Shown here: positions 19,998 to 32,232 of the stretch, one piece after another | Layout: the number at the start of each line of letters is the position of its first letter | How positions within the stretch are numbered: position 1 is the stretch's first letter | Origin: Alphaproteobacteria bacterium | GTDB taxonomy: Bacteria > Pseudomonadota > Alphaproteobacteria > SMXQ01 | NCBI GenBank assembly: GCA_009380075.1 | Contig: WHSO01000007.1 | Coordinates: 14,099 to 78,098, forward strand | Length of the DNA stretch: 64,000 nucleotides | Direction of reading: 5' to 3' | Made by a program: the position numbers and the translations under genes | The notes under the pieces: model-generated | The model's input: the letters and a program-made list of their open reading frames with translations, nothing else | Told to the model about the DNA's origin: nothing | The model's database searches: none

Positions 19998-20289
19998 GGA
20001 GCTTTACTCCCGATAGACTTGACGGCCGACGCGATCACTCCGACCGCCCGAGCACAAGCCATGCACCTGTCATAATGAAGCCGCGCCGTTGCTATCACGT
20101 TTAACGGCGCGGTCGTTTTTTGTGTTTGTGGGCGACAATTCGGCCGTTGTCAATTGGCAAGAAACCTCCCGAAAACAGAGGTTTGCCCTATTTTTTGTCC
20201 ACATTGTGGCAGGCTCCGGTTGCGGGATTTAGGTTAATACCGTTGAATCCGGACCCGACCCACCACTTCCGACCCTTCCGCGCCATCCC

Positions 20290-21248
20290 GTGACCACCCT
20301 GATCCTGACCCATTCCGCCTGTTTCGGCCACGACCCCGGTCCGGGCCACCCCGAGGTGCCGGCGCGACTCAGGGCGGTTCTGGGCGCGATCCAAGGCCTC
20401 GATGGCATGGACCTCGCCTTTGCCGAGACCGAAGCGGCGGAAGCCGGGGCGCTGGCCTGCGCGCATGAAACGGCGATGATCGACCGGGTTCTCGCCGCCA
20501 TCCCCGCCGCTGGCTATGGCGCGCTCCACCACGACACGTTGGTTTCTCCTGGCTCGCGTGCGGCGGCGCTCGGGGCGGCGGGGGCGGCCTTTGCGGCGGT
20601 GGACGCGGTCGCCACGGGCGCTGCCGCCAATGCCTTCTGCGCAGTGCGCCCGCCCGGACACCATGCCACCCGCGACCGGGCCATGGGGTTCTGCCTGTTC
20701 AACAATGCCGCGCTCGCCGCCGTGCGCGCGCGAGAAGAGCACCATGCCGACCGCGTCGCGGTTGTCGATTTCGACGTTCACACGGCAACGGCACCGAGGA
20801 TATCCTGCGCGGCCGGGACGGTTTCTTCTACGGCTCATCGCACGAATACCCGAACTATCCGGGAACGGGCCGCCATTCCGAGGACGGCCCGTGCCGGATC
20901 GTCAACGTGCCGCTGGCGCCGATGACCTCGGGTGTGAGGTTCCGCACCGCCTGGAGCGAGCGCATCCTGCCCGAGCTTGTCCGTTTCCGGCCAGATTTCA
21001 TGATCGTGTCGGCCGGTTTCGATGGCCACCGCAAGGATCCGCTGTCGATGATGCAGCTCGAGATCGCGGATTTCGCGTGGCTGACCGCGGAGCTCCGCCG
21101 CGTCGCCGAGGACAACTGCGGCGGCCGGCTGGTGTCGGTCCTGGAAGGCGGCTACGATCTGGATGCGCTGGCGGCTTCGGCGCGGGCCCATGTGGTCGCC
21201 CTTGCATCGCCGCGCGATCCTTGCGATCCGGCCGGGGACGTGGCGTAA
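20290..21248 (+). CDS. histone deacetylase superfamily protein (acetoin-utilisation/HDAC-like amidohydrolase), interrupted by a single-base frameshift near 20782
   Basis: ORFs 20290..20925 and 20907..21248 are two halves. The sequence gtt cac acg gca acg gc lacks one C of the conserved DFDVHHGNG motif. Restoring cac cac ggc aac ggc gives a continuous HDAC-like protein. Confidence 0.75.
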
Positions 21249-21308
21249 CTTGCCCTTCGGTCGCGCGTTTCCTACACTGACACGGTAGACGCGGGGAGTT
21301 CGGACACC

Positions 21309-21599
21309 ATGGCGAGAGCCGACAGCAAACGGGCGAATGCCGATGGCAAGGGTGAGTCCCGGGACGACCGGGACATCACCACCATGAGCTTCGAGGACGC
21401 GCTCGCCGAGCTCGAAACCATCGTGAACGAGCTCGAGGACGGGCGGATCAAGCTCGATGCCGCCATCTCCGCCTATGAACGGGGGGCCCGCCTCAAGGCC
21501 CATTGCGAGAAGAAGCTGTCCGAGGCCAAGGCCAAGGTCGAGAAGATTTCGCTCGGGCCGTCGGGCCCGGAAGGCGTCGAACCCGCCGACGTCGGCTGA
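21309..21599 (+). CDS. xseB: exodeoxyribonuclease VII small subunit
   Basis: Motif [20 protein letters not shown] typical of XseB. The start could instead be the internal ATG at 21384. Confidence 0.8.
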   Translation: MARADSKRANADGKGESRDDRDITTMSFEDALAELETIVNELEDGRIKLDAAISAYERGARLKAHCEKKLSEAKAKVEKISLGPSGPEGVEPADVG

Positions 21600-21603
21600 T
21601 TCC

Positions 21604-22521
21604 GTGCCGGGGAAGAACGCCGTTGCCGGAGGCGTGGATCTTGCGGACGCGTTCGCGCGCATATCGGACGCGGTCGACAAGGCGCTCGACGAGGTGTTGC
21701 CGCCCGCCGGGCCGGGTCCCGAAGGCCGCCTGGCCGAAGCCATGCGCTATGCCACTCTCGCCGGCGGCAAGCGTCTCCGGCCGTTCCTGGTGGTTTCGGC
21801 GGGCGGGCTGTTCGAGGTTCCCGAGGCGGTCAGCCTGCGCGTCGGGACCGCGGTCGAGCTGATCCACAGCTATTCCCTCATTCATGACGACCTGCCGTGC
21901 ATGGACGACGACGCGGTCCGGCGTGGCAAGCCCTCATGCCACGTCGCGTTCGGCGAGGCCCTGGCGATTCTCGTCGGTGACGCCCTGATGCCGCTTGCCT
22001 TCGAGCTGCTGTCCGACACCGTGACCCATCCGGACGCGGCGGTGCGGGCGGCGCTCGTCTCCGGACTTGCCGTGGCGGCCGGGGCCCGCGGCATGGTCGG
22101 AGGGCAGGTGCTCGATCTTGCCGCGGAATCGATGGCGCTCGACACCGGCACGGTCGCCCGTCTGGAACGCCTCAAGACCGGCGCCCTGATCGCCTTCTGC
22201 TGCGATGCCGGCGCCATCCTCGGCCACGCGCAGGATGCGGAGCGCCGTGCGCTTGCGGCCTACGCCCATGACCTCGGACTCGTCTATCAGGTGGCCGACG
22301 ACCTGCTCGACGCCGAGGGCGATGCGGCGTCGGTCGGCAAGGCCGTGCACAAGGATGCGATGCGGGGAAAGGCGACCTTCGTCTCCATGCTGGGGGTCGA
22401 CAAGGCGCGCCAGCAGGCCCGCCGCCTCGCCAATCAAGCGGCGGGCCACCTCGAGATCTTCGGTCCGCGCGGGGACACCCTTCGTGCGCTGGCGCGTTTC
22501 GTGGTCGAGCGCGCGTCGTGA
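21604..22521 (+). CDS. ispA: farnesyl diphosphate synthase (polyprenyl synthetase)
   Basis: First and second Asp-rich motifs (LIHDDLPCMDDD and YQVADDLLD). Sits directly after xseB, as is common. Confidence 0.85.
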   Translation: MPGKNAVAGGVDLADAFARISDAVDKALDEVLPPAGPGPEGRLAEAMRYATLAGGKRLRPFLVVSAGGLFEVPEAVSLRVGTAVELIHSYSLIHDDLPCMDDDAVRRGKPSCHVAFGEALAILVGDALMPLAFELLSDTVTHPDAAVRAALVSGLAVAAGARGMVGGQVLDLAAESMALDTGTVARLERLKTGALIAFCCDAGAILGHAQDAERRALAAYAHDLGLVYQVADDLLDAEGDAASVGKAVHKDAMRGKATFVSMLGVDKARQQARRLANQAAGHLEIFGPRGDTLRALARFVVERAS

Positions 22522-22531
22522 CGTCCCGTCC

Positions 22532-23295
<764 letters not shown>

Positions 23296-23299
<4 letters not shown>

Positions 23300-24585
23300 G
23301 CGACAACGAAATCGATATCGTCATTTCCACCCTTGGCGCCCGCGGCGATGGCTGTGGCCGGGGTGCGGAAGGCCGCACGCTGTTCGTGGCCGGCGCGCTG
23401 GCTGGGGAGCGCGTGCGTGTTGTTGTCGAAGATGCAGTGGGCGCCGTGCCGCGGGGGCGGCTGGTCGAGGTTCTGGAGCCCGCCCCCGGCCGTGCCGTGC
23501 CGGACTGCCGCCATTTCCTCGATTGCGGCGGCTGCGTGGCCCAGCACATGGACGCCGGGCTTTATGAGAACTGGAAACGCGGCATCATCGCCGACGCCCT
23601 GGCCCAGGCGGGCGTTGCCGCCAACGTCGGTCCCCTGCAGCGGGTGCCGAAAGCGAGCCGCCGCCGCGCCCGCCTGTTCGCCGTGCGCACGGCCACGGGG
23701 GTCGCCGTCGGATTTCAGGCAAGCGGCAGCCACCGCGTCGTCGACATGACGATGTGCCCGGCGGTGGAACCGGCGCTGTTCGCCTTCGTCGCTCCGCTGC
23801 GCGCGTTTCTGGCGGAGGTGATCGATCCGTCCGCTCGGGCGGAGGCGGAAGTCCAGGTCGTCGACGGCGCCCTCGACGTGGTGCTGCGGCTGCCTGGATC
23901 GCTCGACTGGGGAATGTGCGAGCGCCTCGTCGCCTTTGGCCGCGACGCGGGCGTCGCACGGATCGGCTGGCAGCCGCTCGCCAGGGGGCGGCGTGCGAAG
24001 GCGGAGCCGCCCGAGACCGTGGCTGCGTTTTCCGCCATTCGCGCCGTCTTCGGCGGCATACCCGTGGCGCTGCCGCCGCTCGCCTTCCTTCAGGCCTCGG
24101 TAGCGGGGGAATGCGCCCTGACCGCCGCGGTCACGGCTTCGCTCGCCGACGGCATCCGGGTCGCCGACCTCTACGCCGGCGCAGGCACGTTTACCCTGCC
24201 GCTGGCAAAGACGCGCCATGTCGACGCCTTCGACGGAGCCCCCGACCTGATCGCCGCGCTTGACGCCGCGGCGCGGGCGAGCGGACTCGGCACAAGGGTC
24301 ACGGCAACCGCGCGCGACCTCGAGCGGCGTCCGCTCAGTGCGCGCGAACTCGCCGCTTACGACGCCGCGGTGTTCGACCCGCCGCGCGGCGGGGCGGAGG
24401 CCCAGGCGCGTGAACTGGCCCGGTCGGATGTGGGGACCGTGGTCGCGGTGTCGTGCAACCCTGCCACCTTCGCCCGCGATGCGCGCATCCTTGTCGACGG
24501 CGGCTATGAGATCGGCCCGGTGATGCCCATCGACCAGTTCCGGTGGACGCGGCACGTCGAACTGGTCGCGGCCTTCCGGCGCTGA
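23296..24585 (+). CDS. 23S rRNA (uracil-5-)-methyltransferase RlmD/RumA-like (TRAM + Fe-S + SAM MTase)
   Basis: GTG overlaps the tlyA stop (GTGA). TRAM-like N-terminus. Cys cluster CRHFLDCGGC. Class-I methyltransferase motifs (VADLYAGAGTFTLPLA, AVFDPPRGG). Confidence 0.8.
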
Positions 24586-24600
24586 TCAGGGCGGACGAGC

Positions 24601-24906
24601 TTACTCTTCCGGTTCGGTCGTGAACATGAGCGGATAGTTTTTTTTCCGACCCAGTTCCGTTGCTTCCGTCGCCTTGCTCTCGGCGACGTCCTTGATATAG
24701 ACGGCGACGACGCAGACGCCGCGCCGGTGCGCCGTCATCATCACCCGGTGCGCCTGATCCTCGCTCATGCGAAAGACCGCCTTGAGCACCACGACGACGA
24801 ATTCGCGCGGCGTGTAGTCGTCGTTCAGGAGAATGACCTTGTAGAGCCGCGGCCGTTCCGTCTTCGGTGCGACCTTGGGGCGTGGGACGGTGATGATTTC
24901 GCTCAC
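24601..24906 (-). CDS. clpS: ATP-dependent Clp protease adaptor ClpS
   Basis: 101 aa. Conserved ClpS core (YKVILLNDDYTPREFVVVVLKAVF ... HRRGVCVVAVYIKDVAE). Confidence 0.9.
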   Translation of the reverse strand: MSEIITVPRPKVAPKTERPRLYKVILLNDDYTPREFVVVVLKAVFRMSEDQAHRVMMTAHRRGVCVVAVYIKDVAESKATEATELGRKKNYPLMFTTEPEE

Positions 24907-25041
24907 CCGGCCCTCCTACGCTGTGTTCCCGGCCGGGCGCAACGGCCGCCCGGCCCAACTTTGCGGTTACCGCAGTTTAACGCAGGAGCGGCGTTTCGTG
25001 AAAGTCCCGGCGCCGGAGTCGTATCCGGCCTGCGGGCGCGG

Positions 25042-26130
25042 TCAGGGCCGGCGCGGGTCCGTCCCGCACTGCGCGCGGTGGCGCAACAGGTGATCGGCCA
25101 GCACGTTGGCCATCATCGCCTCGCCCACCGGCACGGCCCGGATGCCGACGCAGGGGTCGTGCCGGCCCCTGGTCACGATCTCGGTGTCCTTGCCGTGGAT
25201 GTCCACCGTCTTCATCGGCGTCAGGATTGAGCTCGTCGGCTTGACGGCGAAGCGCACGACGACGTCCTGCCCGGTAGTGATTCCCGCCAGCACGCCGCCC
25301 GCGTTGTTGGACAGGAAGGTGACGTCGTTGCCCTTCATGCGCATCTGGTCGGCGTTAATCTCGCCGGGGAGCGCCGCGGCGCCGAAACCCGCGCCGATCT
25401 CGACGCCCTTGACGGCGTTGATACCCATCATGGCCGCGGCGAGGTCGCATTCCACCTTGCCGTAGACCGGCGCGCCGAGGCCCGCGGGCACGCCCTCCGC
25501 CACCACCTCGATGATGGCGCCGGCGGACGAGCCCGCCTTGCGTACGCCGTCGAGGAAGGATTCCCATTCCTTCGCCACTTTGGCGTCGGGACAAAAGAAG
25601 GGATTGTTGTCCACTTCCGCCCAGTTCCAGAGGGTGCGGTCGATGGCATGGGGGCCGATCTGGATCAGCGCGCCGCGGATGGTGACGCCGGTACCCAGAA
25701 CCTTGCGGGCGATGCCGCCGGCGGCGACGCGCATCGCGGTTTCGCGCGCGCTCGACCGGCCGCCGCCACGGTAGTCGCGGAGACCATATTTCTTCCAGTA
25801 GGTGTAGTCGCCGTGGCCCGGGCGGAACTTGTCCTTGATGTCGCCGTAGTCCTTGGAGCGGACGTCCTCGTTCTCGATCATCAGGCTGATCGCGGTGCCG
25901 GTGGTTATCCCCTCGAAGGTGCCCGAGAGGATTTTGACCGTGTCCGATTCCTGGCGCTGGGTGGTGAAGCGGCTCTGGCCCGGGCGCCGCTGGTCCAGCC
26001 AGACCTGCAGGTCGGCCTCATCCAGCGGGATGCCCGGCGGGCAGCCGTCGACCACGCAGCCGATCGCGGGCCCGTGGCTTTCGCCCCAGGTCGTGACCCT
26101 GAACAGGTGGCCGAAGGAGTTGTGGGACAT
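25042..26130 (-). CDS. aroC: chorismate synthase
   Basis: Start [20 protein letters not shown] at 26130. Full-length AroC similarity. The longer reported ORF upstream is discarded. Confidence 0.9.
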   Translation of the reverse strand: MSHNSFGHLFRVTTWGESHGPAIGCVVDGCPPGIPLDEADLQVWLDQRRPGQSRFTTQRQESDTVKILSGTFEGITTGTAISLMIENEDVRSKDYGDIKDKFRPGHGDYTYWKKYGLRDYRGGGRSSARETAMRVAAGGIARKVLGTGVTIRGALIQIGPHAIDRTLWNWAEVDNNPFFCPDAKVAKEWESFLDGVRKAGSSAGAIIEVVAEGVPAGLGAPVYGKVECDLAAAMMGINAVKGVEIGAGFGAAALPGEINADQMRMKGNDVTFLSNNAGGVLAGITTGQDVVVRFAVKPTSSILTPMKTVDIHGKDTEIVTRGRHDPCVGIRAVPVGEAMMANVLADHLLRHRAQCGTDPRRP

Positions 26131-26141
26131 CGGTGCCCCCG

Positions 26142-26954
26142 TCAGACCGTCGCGATATCGGGCGCGTCCACGGCCTTCATGCCGACGACGTGATAGCCGC
26201 TGTCGACATGCAGCACCTCGCCGGTGATGCCGCTCGCCCAATCGGACAGCAGGAAGACTCCCGCCTTGCCGACTTCCTCGATAGTCACCGTGCGCTTGAG
26301 GGGCGCGTTGTATTCGTTCCACTTGAGGATGTAGCGGAAATCGCCGATGCCCGATGCCGCCAGGGTCTTGATCGGCCCCGCCGAGATGGCGTTGACCCGA
26401 ATCTGGCGCTTGCCGAGATCGACGGCTAACGCACGCACGCTCGCTTCCAGCGCTGCCTTGGCGATGCCCATGACGTTGTAATGCGGCATGACCTTCTCCG
26501 CCCCGTAGTAGGTGAGGGTCAGCAGGGCCCCGCCGTCGCCCATCAGTGCGGCGGCGCGGCGCGCCAGCGCGGTGAATGAGTAGCAGGATATATCGAGGGT
26601 CCGGGCGAAGTTGGAGGCGGAGGTGTCGATATACCCGCCCGTCAGCTCATCCTTGTCCGAGAAGGCGATGCAATGGACCAGAAAATCGAGCCCGCCCCAC
26701 TTGTCCGTAATCGCCGCGAACAGACGATCGATGGATGCGTCGTCCGTCACGTCGCAAGGCAGGACGAAATCGGATCCGAGCTGGGCCGCGAGCGGCTCGA
26801 CCCGCTTCTTGAGGTTGTCGCCCTGGTAATTGAAGGCCAGCACCGCACCGTTCTCCGCCGCGCATCTGGCGATTCCCCAGGCGATGGAGCGGTCGTTGGC
26901 AACCCCCATCACAAGGCCCTTTTTCCCGGTGAGTAGACCGTTGCCCGTGGACAT
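26142..26954 (-). CDS. fabI: enoyl-[acyl-carrier-protein] reductase (NADH)
   Basis: Start [29 protein letters not shown] with a GAGGAG RBS. Catalytic Y-x6-K present. Confidence 0.9.
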   Translation of the reverse strand: MSTGNGLLTGKKGLVMGVANDRSIAWGIARCAAENGAVLAFNYQGDNLKKRVEPLAAQLGSDFVLPCDVTDDASIDRLFAAITDKWGGLDFLVHCIAFSDKDELTGGYIDTSASNFARTLDISCYSFTALARRAAALMGDGGALLTLTYYGAEKVMPHYNVMGIAKAALEASVRALAVDLGKRQIRVNAISAGPIKTLAASGIGDFRYILKWNEYNAPLKRTVTIEEVGKAGVFLLSDWASGITGEVLHVDSGYHVVGMKAVDAPDIATV

Positions 26955-27310
26955 TTCACTCCTCGATCGATCAGCCGACCCGGCACGGCGCAGGGCCTTT
27001 TTTGATTGCGGCGCATCGTACACGAAAGGGATGGGGGATCAAACTCCGTTGGCGGGTCGCTCAACCATCACGGCGGCCCGAACAACGGCGGCGAAGTCGC
27101 CAAGTCACCGACCGCGAAGGCGCGCACAATAACGTGCAGGCGACCTTTATCCTGAGTTGCATCATCTTAACCAGCGTATGATCGTTACCGAATGGCATCG
27201 CTTCATGGCCTCGATAACAGTCGCCCCCGTTGCGCAGGAGATCAGTTTGGCGGACGGGAGTCGGGGGCCCGGACGGAAACGGGTACCCTGCCTGCTATGA
27301 CAACGAAAGA

Positions 27311-28093
27311 CTAGGCTGGGTGCCGGTAGAGTACCAGCCGCGTGCCCTTGATGTGGAACAGTCTGTGGTTTGTGGCGATCTCGTTGAGGCAGCGCCACAC
27401 GCCAGGGCAGGCAGGCGAGAAGTCGTGCCAGGCGATGAACCCACCCGGGGCCACCATAGCGAAAGCCTTGTCCGAGTCGCTGGCGACGTAGGAATAGGCG
27501 TGGCTGCCGTCGATGAAGACGAGGTCGCAGGTGCCGGCTATTTCACGCGCGTCGAATTCCTTCGAGTCGCCGAAGATCTGCAGGATCTTTTCGGCCGCGT
27601 CGGTGCCTTCGTAAAGGAATTGGAGGTGAGCGGACTCGCGCTTGGCGATGCGCTCCCACCGCGCCGAATCGGGGTCAGCCTCGTCGGCTTGGTACTGGGC
27701 AGCGGTTTCGGGCGACAGGGTGAGGGTGATAATCTCGGCGTTATGGGGCGCGTTGCGGCCGAGGAGGTAGGCCGTCCGACCCGTGCAGGTACCGAATTCG
27801 AAGATGCGCCGCGCGCGCTTTGCAAGGACGCCGAGGATCTACGCTTCGGTCTCACTCGTGGTGGCGAGATTGCCGGGATCGCCGATGACTACCGCCTCGA
27901 CCTCCGGTGTGTAGCCGAGCGGTCCCACCGCAAACACCGGATCGACCTCGTTGAGCGGTGTCACTGGTACGGGACTGCGGTCCCAGAGCGGCCGGCCTTT
28001 CCGGCGACGGCGTTCCCGCAGGCCAAAACTAACAGCCAAGACGGACACAGCGATGGCGAGAACCGCCACTCCCCAGGGGATGAGTGCTTGCAT
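27311..28093 (-). pseudogene. membrane-anchored class I SAM-dependent O-methyltransferase (family 3) with an in-frame TAG at 27839..27841
   Basis: Minus-strand frame encodes an N-terminal TM helix (MQALIPWGVAVLAIAVSVLAVSFGL RERRRRKG), then ...TSETEA*ILGVLAKRARRIFEFGTCTGRTAYL ... DLVFIDGSHAYSYV. The stop falls where OMT family 3 proteins usually have Q/F just before the LEIGT SAM motif. Confidence 0.5.
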
Positions 28094-28435
28094 CGCCGGA
28101 ACGTAGCAAAGATTCCGGAGGTCAACTAGCACGTCAAAAAGACGGGGAAATGCCGCCCGATCGGAGCCGAGTGCCTGCGCAGGAACAGCTCGGATGCCAA
28201 GCGCTATCGCTTGGTGTGAAGTGACGGCGTCGTCTGCAAAGGCTATGCAAGGCACAAGAACAGACATCCGTGCAGTTCAACAAAGCCGTCGCGATGCATG
28301 TGATAATCGTTCGCATTACTATGCCGTTCCTTCCCGCTGGCCGAAAAAGAACTGCAAGGCAGGCGTGCATGCGTTACATTCACGCACGTTCGGCCTTGCC
28401 GATGAGGCGGCCCGATTCTTTCCGGGAATGGAACG

Positions 28436-29035
28436 ATGGATCAAGGAACCGCAAGGTTGGAACGTTCCGACCCGCTGGTCCTGTTTGACGAGTGGTTGAA
28501 CGAGGCCTGGGCCAGGGAACCCGACGCCAACGCCATGTCCTGCGCGACGGTCGATGCGCAGGGTGTGCCGTCGGTGCGGCTCGTTCTGCTCAAGGGGCGC
28601 GATGCGCGCGGCTTCGTCTTCTACACCAATTTCGAAAGCCGCAAGGGACGTGCGCTCGGCCAACATCCGGAGGCGTCGCTGGCTTTCCACTGGAAGACCC
28701 TGCGCCGTCAGCTGCGCATCGACGGCGCGGCGGAAACGGTGACCGACGCGGAAGCCGACGCCTATTTCGCGACCCGTCCGCGCGACAGCCAGATCGCGGC
28801 CTGGGCGTCGCGCCAGTCGGAAAAGATGAACGAACGCTTCGACCTCGAACGCCGCTTCACCCATTACAGCGTCACGTTTGAAGGTAAGCCGGTGCCGCGT
28901 CCACCGTACTGGTCGGGCTTTCGGGTCGTGCCCCGCCGGATCGAATTCTGGCTCGACCGGCCGTTCCGGCTGCATGAGCGCATCGTCTTCGAGCGCGCGA
29001 GTGACGCCTGGACCGTAGAGAGGCTGTATCCATGA
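28436..29035 (+). CDS. pdxH: pyridoxamine 5-prime-phosphate oxidase
   Basis: 199 aa. Conserved PdxH motifs ([31 protein letters not shown]). Confidence 0.9.
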   Translation: MDQGTARLERSDPLVLFDEWLNEAWAREPDANAMSCATVDAQGVPSVRLVLLKGRDARGFVFYTNFESRKGRALGQHPEASLAFHWKTLRRQLRIDGAAETVTDAEADAYFATRPRDSQIAAWASRQSEKMNERFDLERRFTHYSVTFEGKPVPRPPYWSGFRVVPRRIEFWLDRPFRLHERIVFERASDAWTVERLYP

Positions 29036-30039
29036 GCATGTTCCCGGCGCAGAAGCGGCCCGATACGGGCAACCCCGACGCGGCGGCGGGCAGGCCGGAG
29101 CCGGCGGGTGCCCGGGGCTATGACCAGATCAGGCCGGAAACCTCGCGGCTTCTGCGCTTCGCCACCATTGCGTCGGTCGCCGTCGCGGTGATGCTCATAG
29201 CGGCCAAGGGTGTGGCCTGGGGCGTGACGGGATCGGTCAGCGTGCTGTCGACCCTGATCGATTCCCTGATGGACGTCGGCGCGTCCCTGGTCAACGTGTT
29301 TGCCGTCCGCAACGCACTCAAGCCCGCCGATCTGGAGCATCGTTTCGGTCACGGCAAGGCCGAGCCGCTGGCCGGCCTGGGCCAGGCGGCTTTCGTCGCG
29401 GGGTCGTCGCTGTTCCTGGTGATCGAAGCGGTCGATCGCCTGATAACCCCGACGGCCATCACCCACCACGGCTTCGGCATAACCGTGATGGTGTTTTCCA
29501 TCGTGGCAACCCTGGTCCTGGTGGCCTTCCAGAGCTACGTCGTACGGCGCACCAAATCGCTCGCCATCAGTGCCGATTCCCTTCACTACAAGGGCGACGT
29601 GCTGATTCATGGCAGTGTCATCGTGTCGCTTCTGGTCAACGCCAACTTCGGCATTGGGTACCTCGACCCGTTGTTCGGCGTCGCCATCGCGCTGTACCTG
29701 TTGTGGAACGCGCGGATCATCGCCGTCAATGCGCTGCAGCAACTGATGGACCGCGAACTCGGCCAGGAAGACCGCGACCGTGTCGTCGCCATCGCCATGG
29801 CACATCCTGAAGTCAGGGATATCCACGACCTGCGCACGCGCTCCGCCGGTCCGCGCTCGTTTATCCAGTTCCACCTGGAACTAAACAACGATATTTCGTT
29901 GCGCCGGGCCCACGAGATATCCGACGACGTCGAGGCCAAGGTGCGCGCGGCGTTTCCCGGTTCGGGCGTGATCATCCATCAGGACCCGGAAGGAGTCATC
30001 GAACACCGCGCCAGCTTCGATGGGGAAAAGGGCCGATAG
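29032..30039 (+). CDS. cation diffusion facilitator family transporter
   Basis: Start overlaps the pdxH stop (ATGA). Six predicted TM helices. CDF signature in TM2 ([14 protein letters not shown]). Cytoplasmic C-terminal domain. Confidence 0.85.
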   Translation: MSMFPAQKRPDTGNPDAAAGRPEPAGARGYDQIRPETSRLLRFATIASVAVAVMLIAAKGVAWGVTGSVSVLSTLIDSLMDVGASLVNVFAVRNALKPADLEHRFGHGKAEPLAGLGQAAFVAGSSLFLVIEAVDRLITPTAITHHGFGITVMVFSIVATLVLVAFQSYVVRRTKSLAISADSLHYKGDVLIHGSVIVSLLVNANFGIGYLDPLFGVAIALYLLWNARIIAVNALQQLMDRELGQEDRDRVVAIAMAHPEVRDIHDLRTRSAGPRSFIQFHLELNNDISLRRAHEISDDVEAKVRAAFPGSGVIIHQDPEGVIEHRASFDGEKGR

Positions 30040-30151
30040 GTTTTTTTGAACGCCCCTCTTGTAACTCTCTGGCAAAGCTGTCAAACAAGGGATATACCCA
30101 CAATTATTTTAACGGCTTGGACGCAGCGCGTACCGGGCGGGGGAGGGAACC

Positions 30152-30979
30152 ATGCCGATCAAGACGATTTTCGTACCGCTGTCCGACGCCGAGGGCGCCG
30201 CGAAGACGCTGAACGCCGCCATCGGGTTGGGCGAAGGATTCGGAGCCGCGGTGAACGTCGTCCATTTGCGTGCCGACCCGACCCAGGCGCTGGGCGATTT
30301 CGTCGGTGAATCGGTCTCGCCCCAGTTGGTGGAAGAAGTCCTGACGCAGGCGGAGAAGCGCGCCACGGCAATCGCCGCTGCGGCGCGCAAGGCCTATGAC
30401 GCCGCTGCCAAGACCGCGAAAGGCGTCAAGCTCAGCTACAGCGAATCGACGATCAACAGCGACGTTGCCGTCGAGACCCAGGGCCGCCTTTCAGACATCG
30501 TCGTCGTCCGCCGGGCATCGGGCACGAGGGACGTTGGCGCACGCGTGGTTGCGGAGGCGGCACTGATGGGAACCGGACGGCCCGTGCTGGTCCTGTCCAC
30601 GACACCGCCGGCGAAGATCGGCACCAGCGTTGTCATTGCCTGGAACGACAGCCTTGAGGCGTCCAAAGCGGTGAACGCGGCGCTGCCGTTTCTGACACGG
30701 GCTACGAGAGTCTCGGTGGTTTCCGCCAATGCCGGCTCAGCCATCGACCAGAAGGGAATCATCGCCTATCTCGGCACCCACGGTGTCAAGGCCCGGGGGG
30801 TCTCCGTCAAGGCCGGCGCCGATGCCGGCAAAGCGATCGTCTCCGCCGCGACCAGGGCCAAGGCGAATCTCCTGGTCATGGGCGCCTACAGCCACAGTCG
30901 TGTGCGGGAGATGATCTTCGGCGGCGTGACCGAGCACGCGTTGTCATCGGCCCGTCTCCCCGTTCTCCTCATGCACTAG
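30152..30979 (+). CDS. universal stress protein (tandem UspA domains)
   Basis: Two UspA repeats. The C-terminal one carries the ATP-binding type motif (LLVMGAYSHSRVREMIFGGVTEH). Confidence 0.8.
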   Translation: MPIKTIFVPLSDAEGAAKTLNAAIGLGEGFGAAVNVVHLRADPTQALGDFVGESVSPQLVEEVLTQAEKRATAIAAAARKAYDAAAKTAKGVKLSYSESTINSDVAVETQGRLSDIVVVRRASGTRDVGARVVAEAALMGTGRPVLVLSTTPPAKIGTSVVIAWNDSLEASKAVNAALPFLTRATRVSVVSANAGSAIDQKGIIAYLGTHGVKARGVSVKAGADAGKAIVSAATRAKANLLVMGAYSHSRVREMIFGGVTEHALSSARLPVLLMH

Positions 30980-31031
30980 GCGGCGGCCCGAAAGCGCTCA
31001 TTTCCGACAAGGCAAAAGGAGTTCCGCCAAG

Positions 31032-31391
31032 GTGTCCTTCAAGACCATCCGTCTCGAGCTTGCCCGCACCAGGGAGTTTCCTGACGGCAGTTCGCAGCAC
31101 GGCTACGAATTCGTCCTGCCCATCGATGAGTCGGGCCACATCGACGTCGAGGCCTGGCGCGCCGACAAGTCCCGTTGCACGGTGCGACGGTTCTGGGGCG
31201 ACGAGGCTCCCGAAGAGGGGTACCTCGTTCATACACGCCACCGGACCTGGGCGTTCTCCTACGCGCCGGGGGAAGAGGACGACGAGCCCTTCTTCCGCTT
31301 CGAGGACCACCTGTTCAAACCCGGGGAATACGTGTCCCTGACCGGCCACGACGGCGCGGTTCACCCGTTCAAGGTCGTCAGCATCAAATAG
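31032..31391 (+). CDS. hypothetical protein
   Basis: GTG at 31032 with an AAAGGAG RBS. 119 aa. No recognised domain. Confidence 0.45.
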   Translation: MSFKTIRLELARTREFPDGSSQHGYEFVLPIDESGHIDVEAWRADKSRCTVRRFWGDEAPEEGYLVHTRHRTWAFSYAPGEEDDEPFFRFEDHLFKPGEYVSLTGHDGAVHPFKVVSIK

Positions 31392-31434
31392 CCGGGGCTG
31401 GCGGGGGCAGCGGAAGTTCTCTACCCTGCCGGGC

Positions 31435-32190
31435 ATGAGTTCGACGCCCGAAGCCGCTCCGTACAAGTCCGTCATCGTCACCGGCGCGAGCCGGGGAATC
31501 GGCCATGCCACCGTCAAGGCCTTCTCGGAGCGCGGCTGGCGCGTGATCACCTGCTCGCGCGACGCGGTGCCGGAGGCCTGCGAGGTCGATCCGAACTGGG
31601 CCGGGCATATCACCTGCGACCTGTCCAGGCCCGGCGACCAGGACCGCTTTGTCGCCGAGGCGCTCGACATGCTGGGGGACGAGCCCCTGGGCGCGCTCGT
31701 CAACAACGCCGGCGTATCGCCGAAGACGCCGTACAGGGAACGGCTCGGCTGCCTCAACGGTGATATTGCCGCCTGGAAAGAGGTCTTCGAGCTCAACCTC
31801 TTCGCTCCCCTGCGTCTTGCACGCGGCTTTGCCCCGGCGTTGCATCGGGGACGCGGGGCGGTGGTGAACATCACCTCCATCGCCGGACACGCGATCCATC
31901 CTTTCGCCGGCTCCGCCTACAGCGTGTCCAAGGCGGCTCTGTCAGCGCTGACCCGGGAGATGGCGTCGGAGTTCGGGGCGCTGGGCGTCCGCGTCAATGC
32001 CATCGCGCCCGGGGAAATCGTTACCGACATGCTGTCGCCGGAGACGGAAGCGCTGATCCCGCGCATTCCGCTCGAGCGCCTGGGGACCCCCGAAGAGGTG
32101 GCGAACGTGATCTATTTTCTCTGCTCGGACGGGGCGGGCTACGTTTCCGGCGCGGAGCTGTTCGTCACCGGTGCCCAGCATATCTTCTGA
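31435..32190 (+). CDS. SDR family oxidoreductase
   Basis: TGASRGIG cofactor motif, NNAG, and catalytic S...YxxxK (YSVSK). Confidence 0.85.
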   Translation: MSSTPEAAPYKSVIVTGASRGIGHATVKAFSERGWRVITCSRDAVPEACEVDPNWAGHITCDLSRPGDQDRFVAEALDMLGDEPLGALVNNAGVSPKTPYRERLGCLNGDIAAWKEVFELNLFAPLRLARGFAPALHRGRGAVVNITSIAGHAIHPFAGSAYSVSKAALSALTREMASEFGALGVRVNAIAPGEIVTDMLSPETEALIPRIPLERLGTPEEVANVIYFLCSDGAGYVSGAELFVTGAQHIF

Positions 32191-32232
32191 AACGGACGAC
32201 GTTCGGTCACGGCGGCACCGGTTCGGTCGTCT

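Noticed and set aside
24601-24906. clpS lacking an adjacent clpA
   Set aside because: clpA may simply be elsewhere in the genome. Not informative on its own.
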